A DNA stretch of 64,000 nt from Malacoraja senta (lineage: Eukaryota), in assembly GCA_038087875.1 (NCBI GenBank), contig CM075989.1, forward strand, positions 24,306,001-24,370,000, in the 5' to 3' direction. Below are positions 52,403-64,000 of this stretch, piece after piece. A model generated the notes under the pieces. It was not told the origin of the DNA. It saw nothing but the letters and a program-made list of their open reading frames with translations, and did no database searches. The translations under genes and the position numbers were made by a program. Positions within the stretch are counted from its first letter, which is position 1; every line of letters begins with the position of its first letter.

Positions 52403-53093
52403 TTCTCTGCGACTTCTCTGTCGTTTTAAAATGTAGGAATGTTTACTATCAATACACTTGAAACCCCAACTACTGAGCTGCACTTTACTGAATCCTTGGG
52501 CAGACTGCAGGTCTTATTTCAGTTTTAAGTATCTCCTTGACTAATCTTATTACACTCATTTGGTTTCCGTTTCTCAATAACAGTACTGCTGTTTGGTAAC
52601 TAGGATTTGCAATTTCTTTAATCCCAAGATAAAGTTCAGTCATTTACTGCATTCTGCTGTTCAGGGTTATATAAACCAGACTTCAGAGGATCATATAACA
52701 TATCTATAAATATTAATAAATAGGATTTTATTAGTATTTCAACATAGCATTTGTCTGAAATAATGAATTGCAATTTCACTGTGTGCTCATCATGCCCGGA
52801 TGACTTTAGGTTGTATGTCTTGCTGTTAGACGATTAAGTAGGTAATCTAAGTAGATTTTTTTACATGACTGTAAGGCATAAATTAGCTGAAAGAAATTGG
52901 AAATAAAAACAGAAAATGCTGAAAACACTCAATGGGTCAGGTAGTATCTGTGGAATGAGTAAAGAGTTTATATTTCAGGTTGCAAAAGGTTCAATCACGG
53001 CTTTCGACAGATTTGAAATGTTCACAATTGAATTGAATTGAATAAATTTGAATTGAATTGAATACATTTTATTAGCCAAGTATGTATGTTGAG

Positions 53094-53385
53094 CGTCACG
53101 GTGGCGCGGCGGTAGAGTTGCTGCCTTACAGCGAATCCAGCGCCGGAGACCCGGGTTCGATCCCGACTACGGGTGCTGTCTGTACGGAGTTTGTACGTTC
53201 TCCCCGTGACCTGCGTGGGTTTTCTCCGAGATCTTCAGTTTCCTCCCACACTCCAAAGACGTACAGGTTTGTAGGTTAATTGGCTTGGTAAATGTAAAAA
53301 TTGTCCCTAGGATAGTGTTAATGTGCAGGGGTCGCTGGTCGGCGCGGATATGGTGGGCCGAAAGGGCCTGTATCTCTAAACTAAA
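53094..53385 (+). mobile_element. V-SINE nested in a Rex-like 3' end (-, about 53028-53700)
   Basis: Well-preserved A/B boxes. The host reads LPSGRQLRTVKATTARHKNMFFP on the minus strand. Confidence 0.85.
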
Positions 53386-54159
53386 ACATACAAGGAATTT
53401 GCCTTGGTGCTCTGCTCGCAAGGATAACAACACGATATACAGTAGACAATTAAAACTAAAATATAATTTAAACATGTGACGAATTAAATAAAATACCAGA
53501 GCAAAAGGAGGCTACAGACTTTTGGCTGTTGAGTAGAGCTACTGCTCATGGGGAAAAAACATGTTTTTATGTCTGGCTGTGGTGGCTTTGACAGTCCGGA
53601 GTTGCCTTCCAGAGGGAAGTGCTTCAAGTTTGTGGCCAGGGTGAGAGGGGTCAGAGATAATCTTACCCGCTCGCTTCCTGGCCCTTGCAGTGTACAGTTC
53701 ATCAAGTTATTCTGAGGATTTTTTTGGGCGGCACGGTGACGCAGCAGTAGAGTTGCCGCCTTATAGTGCCACAGACCCGGGATCAATCCTGACTAGTCAT
53801 CATGAGGAGTTCCACACCTGAAATGTTACCTGTTTCTCTTTCCACAGATGCTGTCAGACCTGATGAGTTTTTCCAGCATTTTCTCTTTTTATTTCAGTTT
53901 GTCAATGTCTCTACATTGCTTTGCATGTCGGTAATTGTGGAATAATCTGGTAGGTGAATATTTGTAGCTTACAATGGAAGTATGTGATGGATAAACTTCT
54001 CTGAGTAACAGAGACGAGATAGTTCACCAAAGAATAGTGTTCATGAGGTCAGGTTCTGTGGCTCGGAAGATGGGCGGGTTCTTTGAGAGGATGAGTTGGA
54101 TAGTTTGCATTCTCTCTTCTTCTGGATTTCTGTTTGAAATTCCCTTGTACATTTTGCAG

Positions 54160-54287
54160 GATACAATTGCGAGAATCGGCAAGACTTGAAGTCCAGAATG
54201 TCACAAGGCAAGATGCAGGTCTTTATGGATGTATGGTTACCAATCAACTTGGAGCAGATAGTGAAACTTCATTATTATTGTATTCAG
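54160..54287 (+). CDS. ADAMTSL3: ADAMTSL3 exon, second half of Ig2: IQLRESARLEVQNVTRQDAGLYGCMVTNQLGADSETSLLLYS
   Basis: gcAG/GTAAGT. DxGxYxC Ig motif, phase 2 to 1. Confidence 0.94.
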
Positions 54288-54379
54288 GTAAGTTGATATT
54301 TGGATTAACGAGGTTATTATATCTCAAAAGTCATTTTCAAGAACTATTTAACAGAAAATTCCATTGGTTCTTAAAAATA

Positions 54380-54381
<2 letters not shown>

Positions 54382-54475
<94 letters not shown>

Positions 54476-54482
54476 GAGAGAA

Positions 54483-54517
<35 letters not shown>

Positions 54518-54558
54518 TTCTTCTAAATGTGTGTGTGTATGTATATATATTTAAATAA

Positions 54559-54610
<52 letters not shown>

Positions 54611-54700
54611 CTGTGTGTCTGTGTGTTTGTGTCTGTCTGTCTGTGTGACTGTGTCTGTGTCTGTGTGACTGTGGCTTTGTCTGTGTGACTGTGTGTATAC
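54382..54700. repeat. Compound (TA)n(GA)n(TA)n(CA)n(TG)n microsatellite
   Basis: Read directly. Confidence 0.95.
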
Positions 54701-54889
54701 CCACATATATTAGGGACCATTTCATCAACTAAGGAATTAATTTCATGTTGCCATTTACAAATGAGAAAGTAGTCTACCGATTGTGATGGCTGAATTGTTC
54801 ATTTGTCTCTATCCAGCGATATACTATGAATAAAAGTTGTTACGTAAGTGTGTGAACTTTGCATGAACTGTGGCAAAGAAAGAAGGAAG

Positions 54890-55200
54890 GTATCTCTGAA
54901 GCCTTAGAGCTGAGTCTCATCTTGACCATGGGTGAGATGGGAAAATTGAGCAAAAGGGAAGACAGCCTTACTGGAGGTGGGATAGGGGGCGGTGAAGTGG
55001 AGATAACTGTGGGAGATAATGGGTTATAGAAGATATGTGTGTGGCACATCTGTCTCCAGAGACGAACACAGAGAGATCCAGGAAAGGAAGAGATGGTCTG
55101 GGTGAATTTTTAAACTAAACAGAAATCAGTAGCAAAAGTGATGAAAGGTGATGATCTCCTACAAGTGCAGGTAGCAGTCCTCAATGTAACAACATAATTA
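54890..55200 (-). mobile_element. Highly decayed Penelope-like RT remnant
   Basis: Minus-strand frameshifted pieces FITFAT, LKFTQTISS, FLDLSV, SGDR, IFYNP and PFAQF. Confidence 0.5.
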
Positions 55201-55684
55201 CTGCATATATTGCTCAGTGTAGGTCAGGTACAGGAATATGCTGAAGCAATGTGATCGCACAAAATACTTTTTCCTCTCTTAAAACTTAACGCAAGTTAGA
55301 TGGACTTAAATCAAAGTTGCCGTCTTCGCAAGATGCTGAATATAAAGACCAGAGCATTGAGCCAAGGCTAAACAAAGATAACCCTGTGAGGTTTGACTAT
55401 GTGTCGGTGCTGTACAAATACAAAGTGTTTCAGATGTCACGCTTCAGACTGGTGAATGTGTAGCAAGTGTGGCCATTTAGTGAGAATTGTTAATGGACAT
55501 AGCTTCATTATTCTCCAATACACCCTCTCTAACTTTAACATAGTGACTTCCCACCAATGTTTCAATTTAAAAAGCAACTTTTAAAAGTCTTGCAGTGATT
55601 TAATGGAGTTGTGCTTGCCTTCCTTCATGCTTTTATTTAAATTAGCAGGTAAATTTGTGTTTAGCTTAAAGAGTTGAAGAATAG

Positions 55685-55978
55685 GTTACAGTTGCTGCCT
55701 CACAACGCCAGAGACCCGGGTTCGATCCTGACTACAGGTGCTGCCTGTACGGAGTTTTACGTTCTCCCAGTGACCGCGTGGGTTTTCCCCGGGTGCTCCG
55801 GTTTCCTCCTGCACTCCAAAGACGTACTGATTTGTCTGTTAATTGGCTTCGGTAAAGATTGTAAATTGTCCCTAGTGTTTAGGATAGTGTTAGTGTACGG
55901 GGATCGCTGGTCGGTGCGGACTCGGTGGGCCGAAGGTCCTGCTTCACCGCTGTATCTCTAAACTAAACTAAACTAAAG
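55685..55978 (+). mobile_element. V-SINE (HE1-like)
   Basis: B box, V-domain, (TAAAC)n tail. Confidence 0.87.
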
Positions 55979-56051
55979 TAAATGTGCGACAAAATTCATT
56001 GATTGCAGCTTTGTAACTTACACAATTTCTGTGTTGTTGATCTGTCAACAG

Positions 56052-56180
56052 AAATCCCGACCATCAAATTCTCCAGAGAAAATATCACAAACCTTACATC
56101 ATGGCACTTAGCAGCTGTCGTTGGAAGCAATTTACTGGCCAGAGTTGGGGCAACAATTATCATTAATTGCCCAGTTGAAG
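56052..56180 (+). CDS. ADAMTSL3: ADAMTSL3 exon, first part of Ig3: EIPTIKFSRENIT...VGATIIINCPVE
   Basis: acAG/GTAAAT. Lies in ORF 56003-56188, phase 1 to 1. Confidence 0.92.
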
Positions 56181-56734
56181 GTAAATAAAACTGAAGAGTT
56201 ATTTGTATGGTGTGTTAAAGAAGAGAATTGTTTTATTGGTTTAAGCAATTTAGTGCAGGATTCACATGAAGTGTCTCATGTACCACTGAATATCATCTGC
56301 ATTTGGTCTCAATCTTCACAGCTTTCCCAGTTTGTTCTTTCCTCCCTAGCTCCTCTCTTCTTCACAAACGTACTGGGAACTGTCTCCACCACTGTTTCTG
56401 AGCAGACAGCTAGACCTACCACAACAATCACCCGCAGAAAATAAATTCTTCTCACCTTCCGTTTTTTTCGCTGAAGATTTTGATTACCTTGAGTTACTGA
56501 CTCGTGAAACAATGGAAATAATATGTTTCTGATTTTTCATCAGATTATTTGATTTCTTCATGATGATTAAATGCGGGCAGGTGGGACTAGTGTAGCTGGG
56601 ACATGTTGGCCGGTGTGGGCAAGTTGGGCTGATGGGCCTGTTTCCACACTGTATCATTCTATGACTCTATGAAGCACAGGAACATGTTGCTAAGGATATA
56701 AAAAGCAATATATAATTTGTAGTCTTTCTTACTA

Positions 56735-57404
56735 AAGTGCCTGTCCCACTTGGCTGTCTTTCGCGCGCCATTTACGCGACCTGCTAGCGTGTGGGTAGAG
56801 CGTGGGTAGCGCGTGGGTAATGCGTGGGTAGCGCGGGGATGGGCGCATGGAGTGGTGTGGAGGAGTGTGGACTTGGTCCTGCAAGAAATCGTCGCGCGCC
56901 ACCGGCCTGTCGCGTAACTGATGGCCAAAGTGGGACAGACCCAAGACCCTGGCGCGACGCAATGTCTCACCTCCAACAGCAGCAGAAGCAGGCTAAAGAT
57001 CGTCGAACTCAGCCTGGGGCTCACGGCCATTGCGGATCCGGATCTGCCCCCACTCCTATTCCCAGAGCGGGGCCAAGAATATTGAAGATGGACACAAAAT
57101 GCTGGAGTAACTCAGCGGGACCGGCAGCATCTCTGGAGAGAAGGGATGGGTGACGTTTCGGGTCAAGACCCTTCTTTCAGACTGAAGAAGAGTCTCGACC
57201 CGAAACGTCATCCATTGCTTCTCTCCAGAGATGCTGCCAGTCCCGCTAAGTTACTCCTGCATTTTGCGTCCATCTTCAAATGACGTCACGCGCTCCAGAC
57301 GGCTGTGCGGGCGCATGCAGTGACGCGCGACTCTCGCGGGACCGCCGTGCGACCGTCACTACCGGCCTGTCGCGGAAGTGACGGCCCAAGTGGGACAGGC
57401 CCTT
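56735..57404. mobile_element. Composite TA-flanked MITE containing a Penelope-terminal hairpin (57082-57278)
   Basis: TA|AAGTGCCTGTCCCACTTGG ... CCAAGTGGGACAGGCCCTT|TA. Internal copy of the right end at about 56901-56942. Confidence 0.8.
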
Positions 57405-57697
57405 TATTCTTTATATATTGCTGTGCCTTTAATCTGCCTATCAATTTGATAACTTTTTATAACTTAATCACCAATATTTCGATTCTTTAATGCATTGCAT
57501 TGTATACCATGTGGCTTTAAAATAATAAATAGATTAAATTATGTTCCATTCCATAACATTGTCAAGTCCCGCTGTTGATATATATGGTGCTAACTACAAT
57601 GCTTTGCTTGTAAGCTTTGTTTTATAAGTGTGCTGTTCTGAGATTATACGAGTTTTCTGTATCCAGAGAGTCTTTATTATGTTATTTGTTTAAACAG

Positions 57698-57880
57698 GTG
57701 TTCCTGAACCAAAGATTACTTGGCAAAAAAAAGATGGTGTGTTGGGGAATAATTCCGTTCTACTGCAGAATGGATCTGTGGTGCTGACCAATACAAGAGT
57801 CACAAATCAAGGAATGTACACTTGTACGGCCATAAATGAAATTGGACAAGCAACTATGTCAACAGTTATTAAACTAACTG
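57698..57880 (+). CDS. ADAMTSL3: ADAMTSL3 exon, second part of Ig3: GVPEPKITWQKKDG...NQGMYTCTAINEIGQATMSTVIKLT
   Basis: acAG/GTAAGT, translated by hand. GxPxPxITW and GxYxC motifs. Confidence 0.94.
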
Positions 57881-58299
57881 GTAAGTTTGCACATTATTAA
57901 CCGATGCACAGTTAGTGGGAGGATACCAGTTTACACCCATCGCCAACAAGAGCAAATCAGAAACAATTTCATTCCCAAGCTGTTCCCTAATGCTTTATAA
58001 TGCTCAATCTGAAATTATTTTTGTTGGGAGCTTAGGTCAGAGTCAGAGATCAAATCAAAAAATATATACAGGCCATCTGAGGATTAGTAAATCATCAATG
58101 TAACACTTTAAACAAGACAATTATTATTAGATAAACAAGAGGTCCGCTTTTCCTAAAATGTTTCCTCATTTTCCAACCACTTTATAGATGAGTTTGGACA
58201 CAGGAGCAGTGTAACAATGGTCTCGACCCAAAATGTCACCTATTCCTTTTCTCCACGGATGCTGTCTGACCTCAAACAAAACCATTGAAGCACAATGAT

Positions 58300-58680
58300 T
58301 TGGGTAAACTAACCTCCCTTCTATTGACTCCATCTCCACTTCACACAGCCTCAGCAAGGCCAACAGCATAATCAAGATTAAGTCTCACCTTGGTCACTCC
58401 TTCTTCTCCCCTCTCCCATCAGGCAAGAGGTACAGAAAGAAAAAAACGCTCACCTCCAGATTCAGGGACAGTTCCTTCCCAGCTGTTATCAGGCAACTGA
58501 ACCATCCTACCAACAGCTTGAGTGTTCTTAAGCTCCGATCTACCTCATTGAAGATCCTCGGACTATCTTTAATCAGACCTTACTGGACTTTATCTAGCAT
58601 TTCCTTCACTATGTATCTGTACACGGTGGACGGCTCAATTGTAATTATGTCTTGTCTTTCCGCTGAATGGTTAGCACACA
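58300..58680 (+). mobile_element. Rex1/Babar-like LINE 3' end
   Basis: NLPSIDSI..KANSIIK..GHSFFSPLPSGKRYR..FPAVIRQLN plus UTR. Confidence 0.75.
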
Positions 58681-58759
58681 CTGGTTTTACACCCTGCTAG
58701 GAAAGAGATATTGTGATTAGAAGCAAACATTGCGAGAGTTGGAAATAGAAGTTAAGATT

Positions 58760-59422
58760 TAGTTTAGTGTAAAAGATACAGCATGGAAACAGGCCCTTCG
58801 GCCCATCTAGTCCGCGCCCTGCACACTAACACTATCCTACACACTAGGGACAATTTACACTTATACCAAGCTGATTAACCTACAAAACTGTACGTCTTTG
58901 GAATGAGGGGGGAAACTGATGATCTTGGAGAAAACTCACGTGGTCACGAGGAGAACATGCAAACTCCATACAGACAGCACCTGTAGTCAGGATCACACCT
59001 GGGTCTCTGGTGCTATAAACACTGTAATGATATGATATGAGATGATACGATAGAAGTTTATTTATCCCAGGGGGGAAATTGATCTGCCAACATTCATAAA
59101 AACACACAATACGTGAAACATGAAATTAAAGTGACGAGTGGAAAGGATTGGGGATGTGCAAAGATTGGGGGGGGGGGTGGATGGGTGGGGGGGTAGTCGG
59201 CCCCACGACAGAAGGGGGAGGAGTTGTACAGTTTGATAGCCACAGGGAAGAAGGATCTCCTGTGGCGTTCTGTGCTGCATCTTGGTGGAACCAGTCTGTT
59301 GCTGAAGGTGCTCCTCAGGTTGACCAGTGTGTCATGGAGGTGTTGAGCGGTATTGTCCAGGATGCTCCCATACAGATCACCCCATCCATGGCAACAACTC
59401 TACCGCTGCGCCATCGTGCCGC
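58760..59422 (-). mobile_element. V-SINE interrupted by a Rex1-like 3' end (about 59027-59366)
   Basis: The insert reads FSNRLVPPRCSTERHRRSFFPVAIKLYN on the minus strand. The SINE head resumes at about 59390-59422. Confidence 0.75.
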
Positions 59423-59460
59423 AATACGTTGATTAAACAAGAATTCCCTCATCTGTTTAG

Positions 59461-59580
59461 AACCAGGAGTTGCTGCCCAGGCTGTGGGATCCCCACAAAC
59501 CAAAGGAAGAAAACGGGTCTTACTGGCATCAAAGGCCGGCAGTCCAGTGCGAGTTAAACAAGGCGATGTTCTCCGCATGG
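59461..59580 (+). CDS. ADAMTSL3: ADAMTSL3 exon, first part of putative Ig4: EPGVAAQAVGSPQTKGRKRVLLASKAGSPVRVKQGDVLRM
   Basis: ttAG/GTGAGT, open 120 nt, phase 1 to 1. Supplies the strands leading into the G-C-P of the next exon. Confidence 0.8.
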
Positions 59581-59949
59581 GTGAGTTGGTCTCTTCCCTT
59601 TTTGACAGATGTAATCAAACTACTTCCTGTGGTTTATAGTTTAGAATATTACATTGGTTATGGACCAAATTATGGACTCTTTGGAACAAATTAATACAAA
59701 TTTCAGCCAAACCTCTGTATAATTATCTTGGTCTATTTTTGGTATGCGTTTTGTCTCGAAGGAAATGAATGTGTGGAGGATGTCTGAAGGAAACGTCTGC
59801 GGATAGTTTGTATTGCACGAGCGAACTTTTAATCAGCCCTGAATAGTTAGGAATATCACCAGTATTGTAATAAACAAGACATGATCCGTTCTCCATGGAC
59901 TGACTTGGACACAAGGTGGGACTGGAAACTTTGATGTTGATGAGATCTG

Positions 59950-60240
59950 GAGAGTTGCTGCCTTACAGCACTTACAGAGCCAGAGACCCGGGATCGATCC
60001 CAACTATGGGTGCTGTGTGTACAGAGTTTGTACGCTCTCCCCGTGACCACGTGGGTTTTCTCCGAGATCTTTGGTTTCCTCCCACACTCCAAATACGTAC
60101 AGGTTTGTAGGTTAGTTGGCTTGGTGTATGTGTAAATTGTCCCCAGTGTGTGTAAGATAATGTTAATATGCGGGGATCACTAGTTGGTGTGGACTCAGTG
60201 GGCTGAAGGGCCTGTTTCCGCACTGTATCTCTAAACTAAA
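59950..60240 (+). mobile_element. V-SINE (HE1-like)
   Basis: Head, V-domain and tail motifs. Confidence 0.85.
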
Positions 60241-60599
60241 CAAGTGGGCACAGCAGATGAGGAGAATGTAACTCCTGAAGGTAGATTTTTGGTTGCTGCC
60301 TGATTGCACTAAATGCACAATGGATTGCTGACTGTACTTTGGGGTCCACTCTGGATGTCAATTCCATTGACGGAACACAGTTGAGGGCATATTTCTGCTC
60401 CCGTGAGGAAATTGGAATGAATTTTTGACCCACTGGGAATTGCTGATAGGTCAAAAAGCATGGGTGGAGAGATGAAGTAAATGGTAGCGAGCAAAAATTA
60501 GGGGATAGAATATCCAATGAAATAGTCATAGACCTATACAGTAAGGAAACAGGCCCTTCTGCCTGACCTGCCCATGCTGACCAACATGTCCCAACTACA

Positions 60600-60900
60600 C
60601 TGTCATCGAGCCATCCACATTCTACAGGTACAAGAAAAAGGTAATAAAGTTTAGTGCAAGATAAAGTCCGATTAAAGATAGTCCGAGGGTCTCCAATGAG
60701 GTAGATGGGAGGTCAGGACCGCTCTCTAGTTGGTGATGGGAAGGTTCAGTTGGCTGATGACAGCCGGGAAGAAACTGTCCCTGAATCTGGAGGTGTGCGT
60801 TTTCACACTTCTGTACCACTTGCCTGATGGGAGAGGGGAGAAGAGGGAGTGACCAGGGTGAGATTCATCCCTGATCATGCTGCTGGCCCTGGTGATGGTC
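60600..60900 (-). mobile_element. Rex1/Babar-like 3' end
   Basis: ORF 60726-60920 with HPGHSLFSPLPSGKWYRSVKTHTSRFRDSFFPAVISQLN. Confidence 0.8.
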
Positions 60901-62773
60901 AGCCTTGTCATGTAGAACAACTGCCCTCCAATCCAGAGTTCAGCAAAGTCCTACCTCCCGTTCATTTCCGTTGGAGTGGATTTCAGGAGCATTATTTTCT
61001 ACTTTCCCTTCCAGCAAACGTTGGTAATTTCGTTTTTGTTGCAATACCATGTTGACGCCTTCTGAGTGAAGTAAGAGATTCTTTTCCGTTAATAATATTG
61101 CGAATCTTGGCTTGTAGCCGATATCAGTGAAGTATTTGAAACAATGCTGTGTTTCATTAGCATGGTGAATATTAAGGCTTGATTATAATTCTGTGGAGAT
61201 GTTGTTTCCAGATGTTGCCAAACGGTTGGTAAGATTACTCAAACCAATATTTGTCGTCCATTTGGCTCGCTGCGTGGAAACCACCACTGGGAAATTCTAT
61301 TATTTGACTTCAGCAAGTTTGAAAAGAACCACGCCACTGTGTTTCTGAGGGGTTTTATATGATGCATGACTCACCTTATTTCCATAGGCAGCTCCTCACT
61401 TAGAATCGCTTGTGTGTTGTTTTAATGACCCTCTGTTCAGGTAACGTACTGAGGACAAAACACAGAGGGTGCTGAGTTCACACAGAGGGTGGTGGGTAGA
61501 AGTTCAGAAGGTCTAGGAGCAGAATTAGTTCACTCAGCCCATCAAGTCTACTCCATCATTCAATCTTGGCTGATCTATCTTTCCCTCTCAACCCCATTCT
61601 CCTGCCTTCTCCCCAGTAGCCCCTGACACTCTATACGGAACAAGTTGCCAGAGGAGGTAGTTGAAGCAGAAACTATAACAACATTTAAAAGGCATTTGGA
61701 CAGGTACGTGGATAGGAAAGGTTTAGAGGGATATGGGCCAAACGCAGACAGGTGGGACTAGTAAGGATGGGGCACCTTGGACGGCATGGACAAGTTGGGC
61801 TGAAGGGCCTGTTTCTGTGCTGTGTGACTCAATATCTGATAAGAGCATGTTCTTTCCTGTACTGTTGCATTCATCTTCCTTGACCACACACGTAGCCTCT
61901 GATTCTTGACACGGCAGCGCGGTTAGCTCCAGTAACGTTCCCAGCTAGTACAGATGAATTTTAGTTTCAAGTATCAAGTCTAAATTTTAGTTTAGTTTAG
62001 TTTAGAGATACAGTGTGGAAAACAGGCCCTTTGGCCCAACGAGCACGCCGACCTGCGATCACTGTCCTACACTAGGACCAATTTACAGGTCAATTAACCT
62101 TCAAACCTGCACATCCTTAGGATGTGGGAGAAAACCAGAGCACCCGGAGAAACCCATATGGTCACAGGGAGAATCATGAGCCCTGTTCTGGCACTGTAAG
62201 GTAGCAGCTGTACCGCTGCACCCCTGTGCCACCCGTTATATTCTATGTGGCTTATTATGTGGCAGTAAAAATGCCAGTCCATGGTAAAATGTAAACAGCC
62301 AAGTGATAGAAATTCATTACGTAAATGAAACCAGAGCACAGATATTTGCAAAAATATTTTGCAGACCTATTCCTTTCTCCAGAGATACTGCCTGACCCGC
62401 TGAGTTACTCCAGCACTCTGTGTCTATCTTCGGCTTAACCCAGCATCTGCAGTTCCTTCTTTCACATTTTTGGTTCCCAACAGAATTGCTTCGCAAGAAG
62501 TCACATCTGGTGAAGAATTAGTTGTAAACTTGCGTTGCAATCTACCAATTCCTCAATGGTAAATATTGGATGCATATCTAACTTGCCGTAAATCATTTGC
62601 TGTTCATATTATCAAGGTTTTACTTTGTTGGTGTAACGTAAACGCAATCAATTTAAATTTCACAAAGAATCTTTGTAGTATAATTATTGCAGTTTTCTTT
62701 TTAGAATGACGGCTGTTATTATTGTAGTTTTCTTATTTCTGGTCCAAAACCTGTGCATCATATTATTTTCCAG

Positions 62774-62986
62774 GCTGCCCAACAGTTGCCAAAGACAAAA
62801 TGGCCATCACGTGGTATTTCAATAATCAATCTATCCACAGCATACCAGGACTTGAATACAAAATCCTGGCCAGAGGACAGGTCCTCGAAGTGAGAATGGC
62901 ATTGGAGAGGTTGGCGGGACAATACAAATGTCAGGCTGCCAATAATATTCGGACAGTCTCTGCTTATGTGAATGTGAGCTTTGTAG
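62774..62986 (+). CDS. ADAMTSL3: ADAMTSL3 exon, second part of putative Ig4: GCPTVAKDKMAITWYFN...LAGQYKCQAANNIRTVSAYVNVSFV
   Basis: ccAG/GTATGC. C...W...GQYKC Ig core. Overlaps ORF 62800-63036. Confidence 0.88.
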
Positions 62987-63274
62987 GTATGCTAAGAATT
63001 TATTCACTTGCTGTTTGGTATCATTCACCATTTTAAATTGGAGCAGCATTAGTGTGGGAGAGTGCTTGAAGAGCAGAGACCGTTGCACATTGCAACAGGA
63101 ACATCTGAACAGTGAAAGGCCTGAGAATCTCCACAATAGTAAATGTCAGGGTCGTCAAATGGTCTTTTATTTAACGTAACTACTCCCTAATGTTAATGTT
63201 CCTGCTTATTTATGCCCATCAGTCACTAATATAATTCTGGATTATAGTTTGAATATCGCCCATTCATTAAATGT

Positions 63275-63590
63275 TAGTTTAGTTTAGTTTTAGAGATACA
63301 GCGCGGAAACAGGCACTCTGGCTCACCGGGTCCGCGCCGACCAGCGATCCCCGCACATTAACACTATCCTACACCCACTAGGGACAATTTTTTTTTTTTT
63401 TTACATTTTACCAAGCCAATTAACCTGCAAACCTGTACGCCTTTGGAGTGAAACTGAAGATCTTGGAGAATACCCACGCAGGTCACAGGGAGAACGTACA
63501 AACTCCGTACAGACAGCACCCATAGTCGGGATCGAACCCGGGTCTCTGGCACTGCATTCTACTCTCCCGCTGCGCCACCGTGACTGCCCT
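63275..63590 (-). mobile_element. V-SINE (HE1-like)
   Basis: Head, V-domain and tail motifs. Confidence 0.85.
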
Positions 63591-64000
63591 TCTTTTCTTG
63601 TCTCTGGGATCATTAATGTGAAGTTCCCAGGTCTGCAATACACTCTTGAAATTCAGAGCAGTTCAAAGCAATTTACTAATACAAAGGGTGTTGAGGTACA
63701 GACACAATGAAAATCTTACTTGCAGAAGCTTCATAGAGTCACAGAGTGATGCAGTGTGGAAACAGGCCCTTTGGCCCAACTTGCCCACACTGAGCAACCT
63801 GTCCCAGCTACACTAGTCCCACCTGCCCGCGTTTGCCTCATATCCCTCCAAACCTGATCTATCCATGTAGCCATGTATCTGCCATGTTCACAGGCAGATT
63901 GATCCAGGAAACACGCAGTAAAACATAAATTATACTTAAATTACGTCAAAGTCAGCAAGATGATAAAAAGACAAAAGACAGGACAAAAACAACAAGACGT

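Noticed and set aside
51772..52461. 229-aa ORF with 22-aa repeats
   Set aside because: The 66-bp unit is a multiple of three and stop-free by chance. No domain or splice support.
53094..53170. tRNA gene candidates (A/B boxes, GGTTCGATCCC)
   Set aside because: They are SINE heads that continue into the V-domain and LINE-like tail.

Overview
Eukaryotic genomic DNA, most likely from a cartilaginous fish (inferred from the HE1/V-SINE-like and CR1-like repeats; probably a skate or ray). The whole window lies inside one + strand gene, ADAMTSL3 (punctin-2). I traced 15 internal coding exons (1653-62986, 3350 nt, about 1116 codons), all with AG/GT boundaries and matching splice phases. They encode a run of TSP type-1 repeats, then a large exon with Ig1 and a linker, then further Ig domains. 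The start and stop codons lie outside the window. The introns are dense with repeats: tRNA-derived V-SINEs, CR1, Rex1/Babar, L2 and Ingi/Vingi-like LINE 3' fragments, Penelope-like (GIY-YIG) remnants, TA-flanked foldback MITEs, a tiny hAT-like element, a LINE-derived 76-bp minisatellite and microsatellites. The most notable items are (1) many Penelope-terminal hairpins carrying minimal hammerhead-ribozyme cores, including tandem and composite forms and one nested in a MITE; (2) a group of five MITEs with shared termini but different interiors; (3) a stop-plus-AATAAA intron configuration that could give a short punctin-1-like isoform; (4) a fourth Ig domain. All family assignments come from motif recognition and recall, not database searches.
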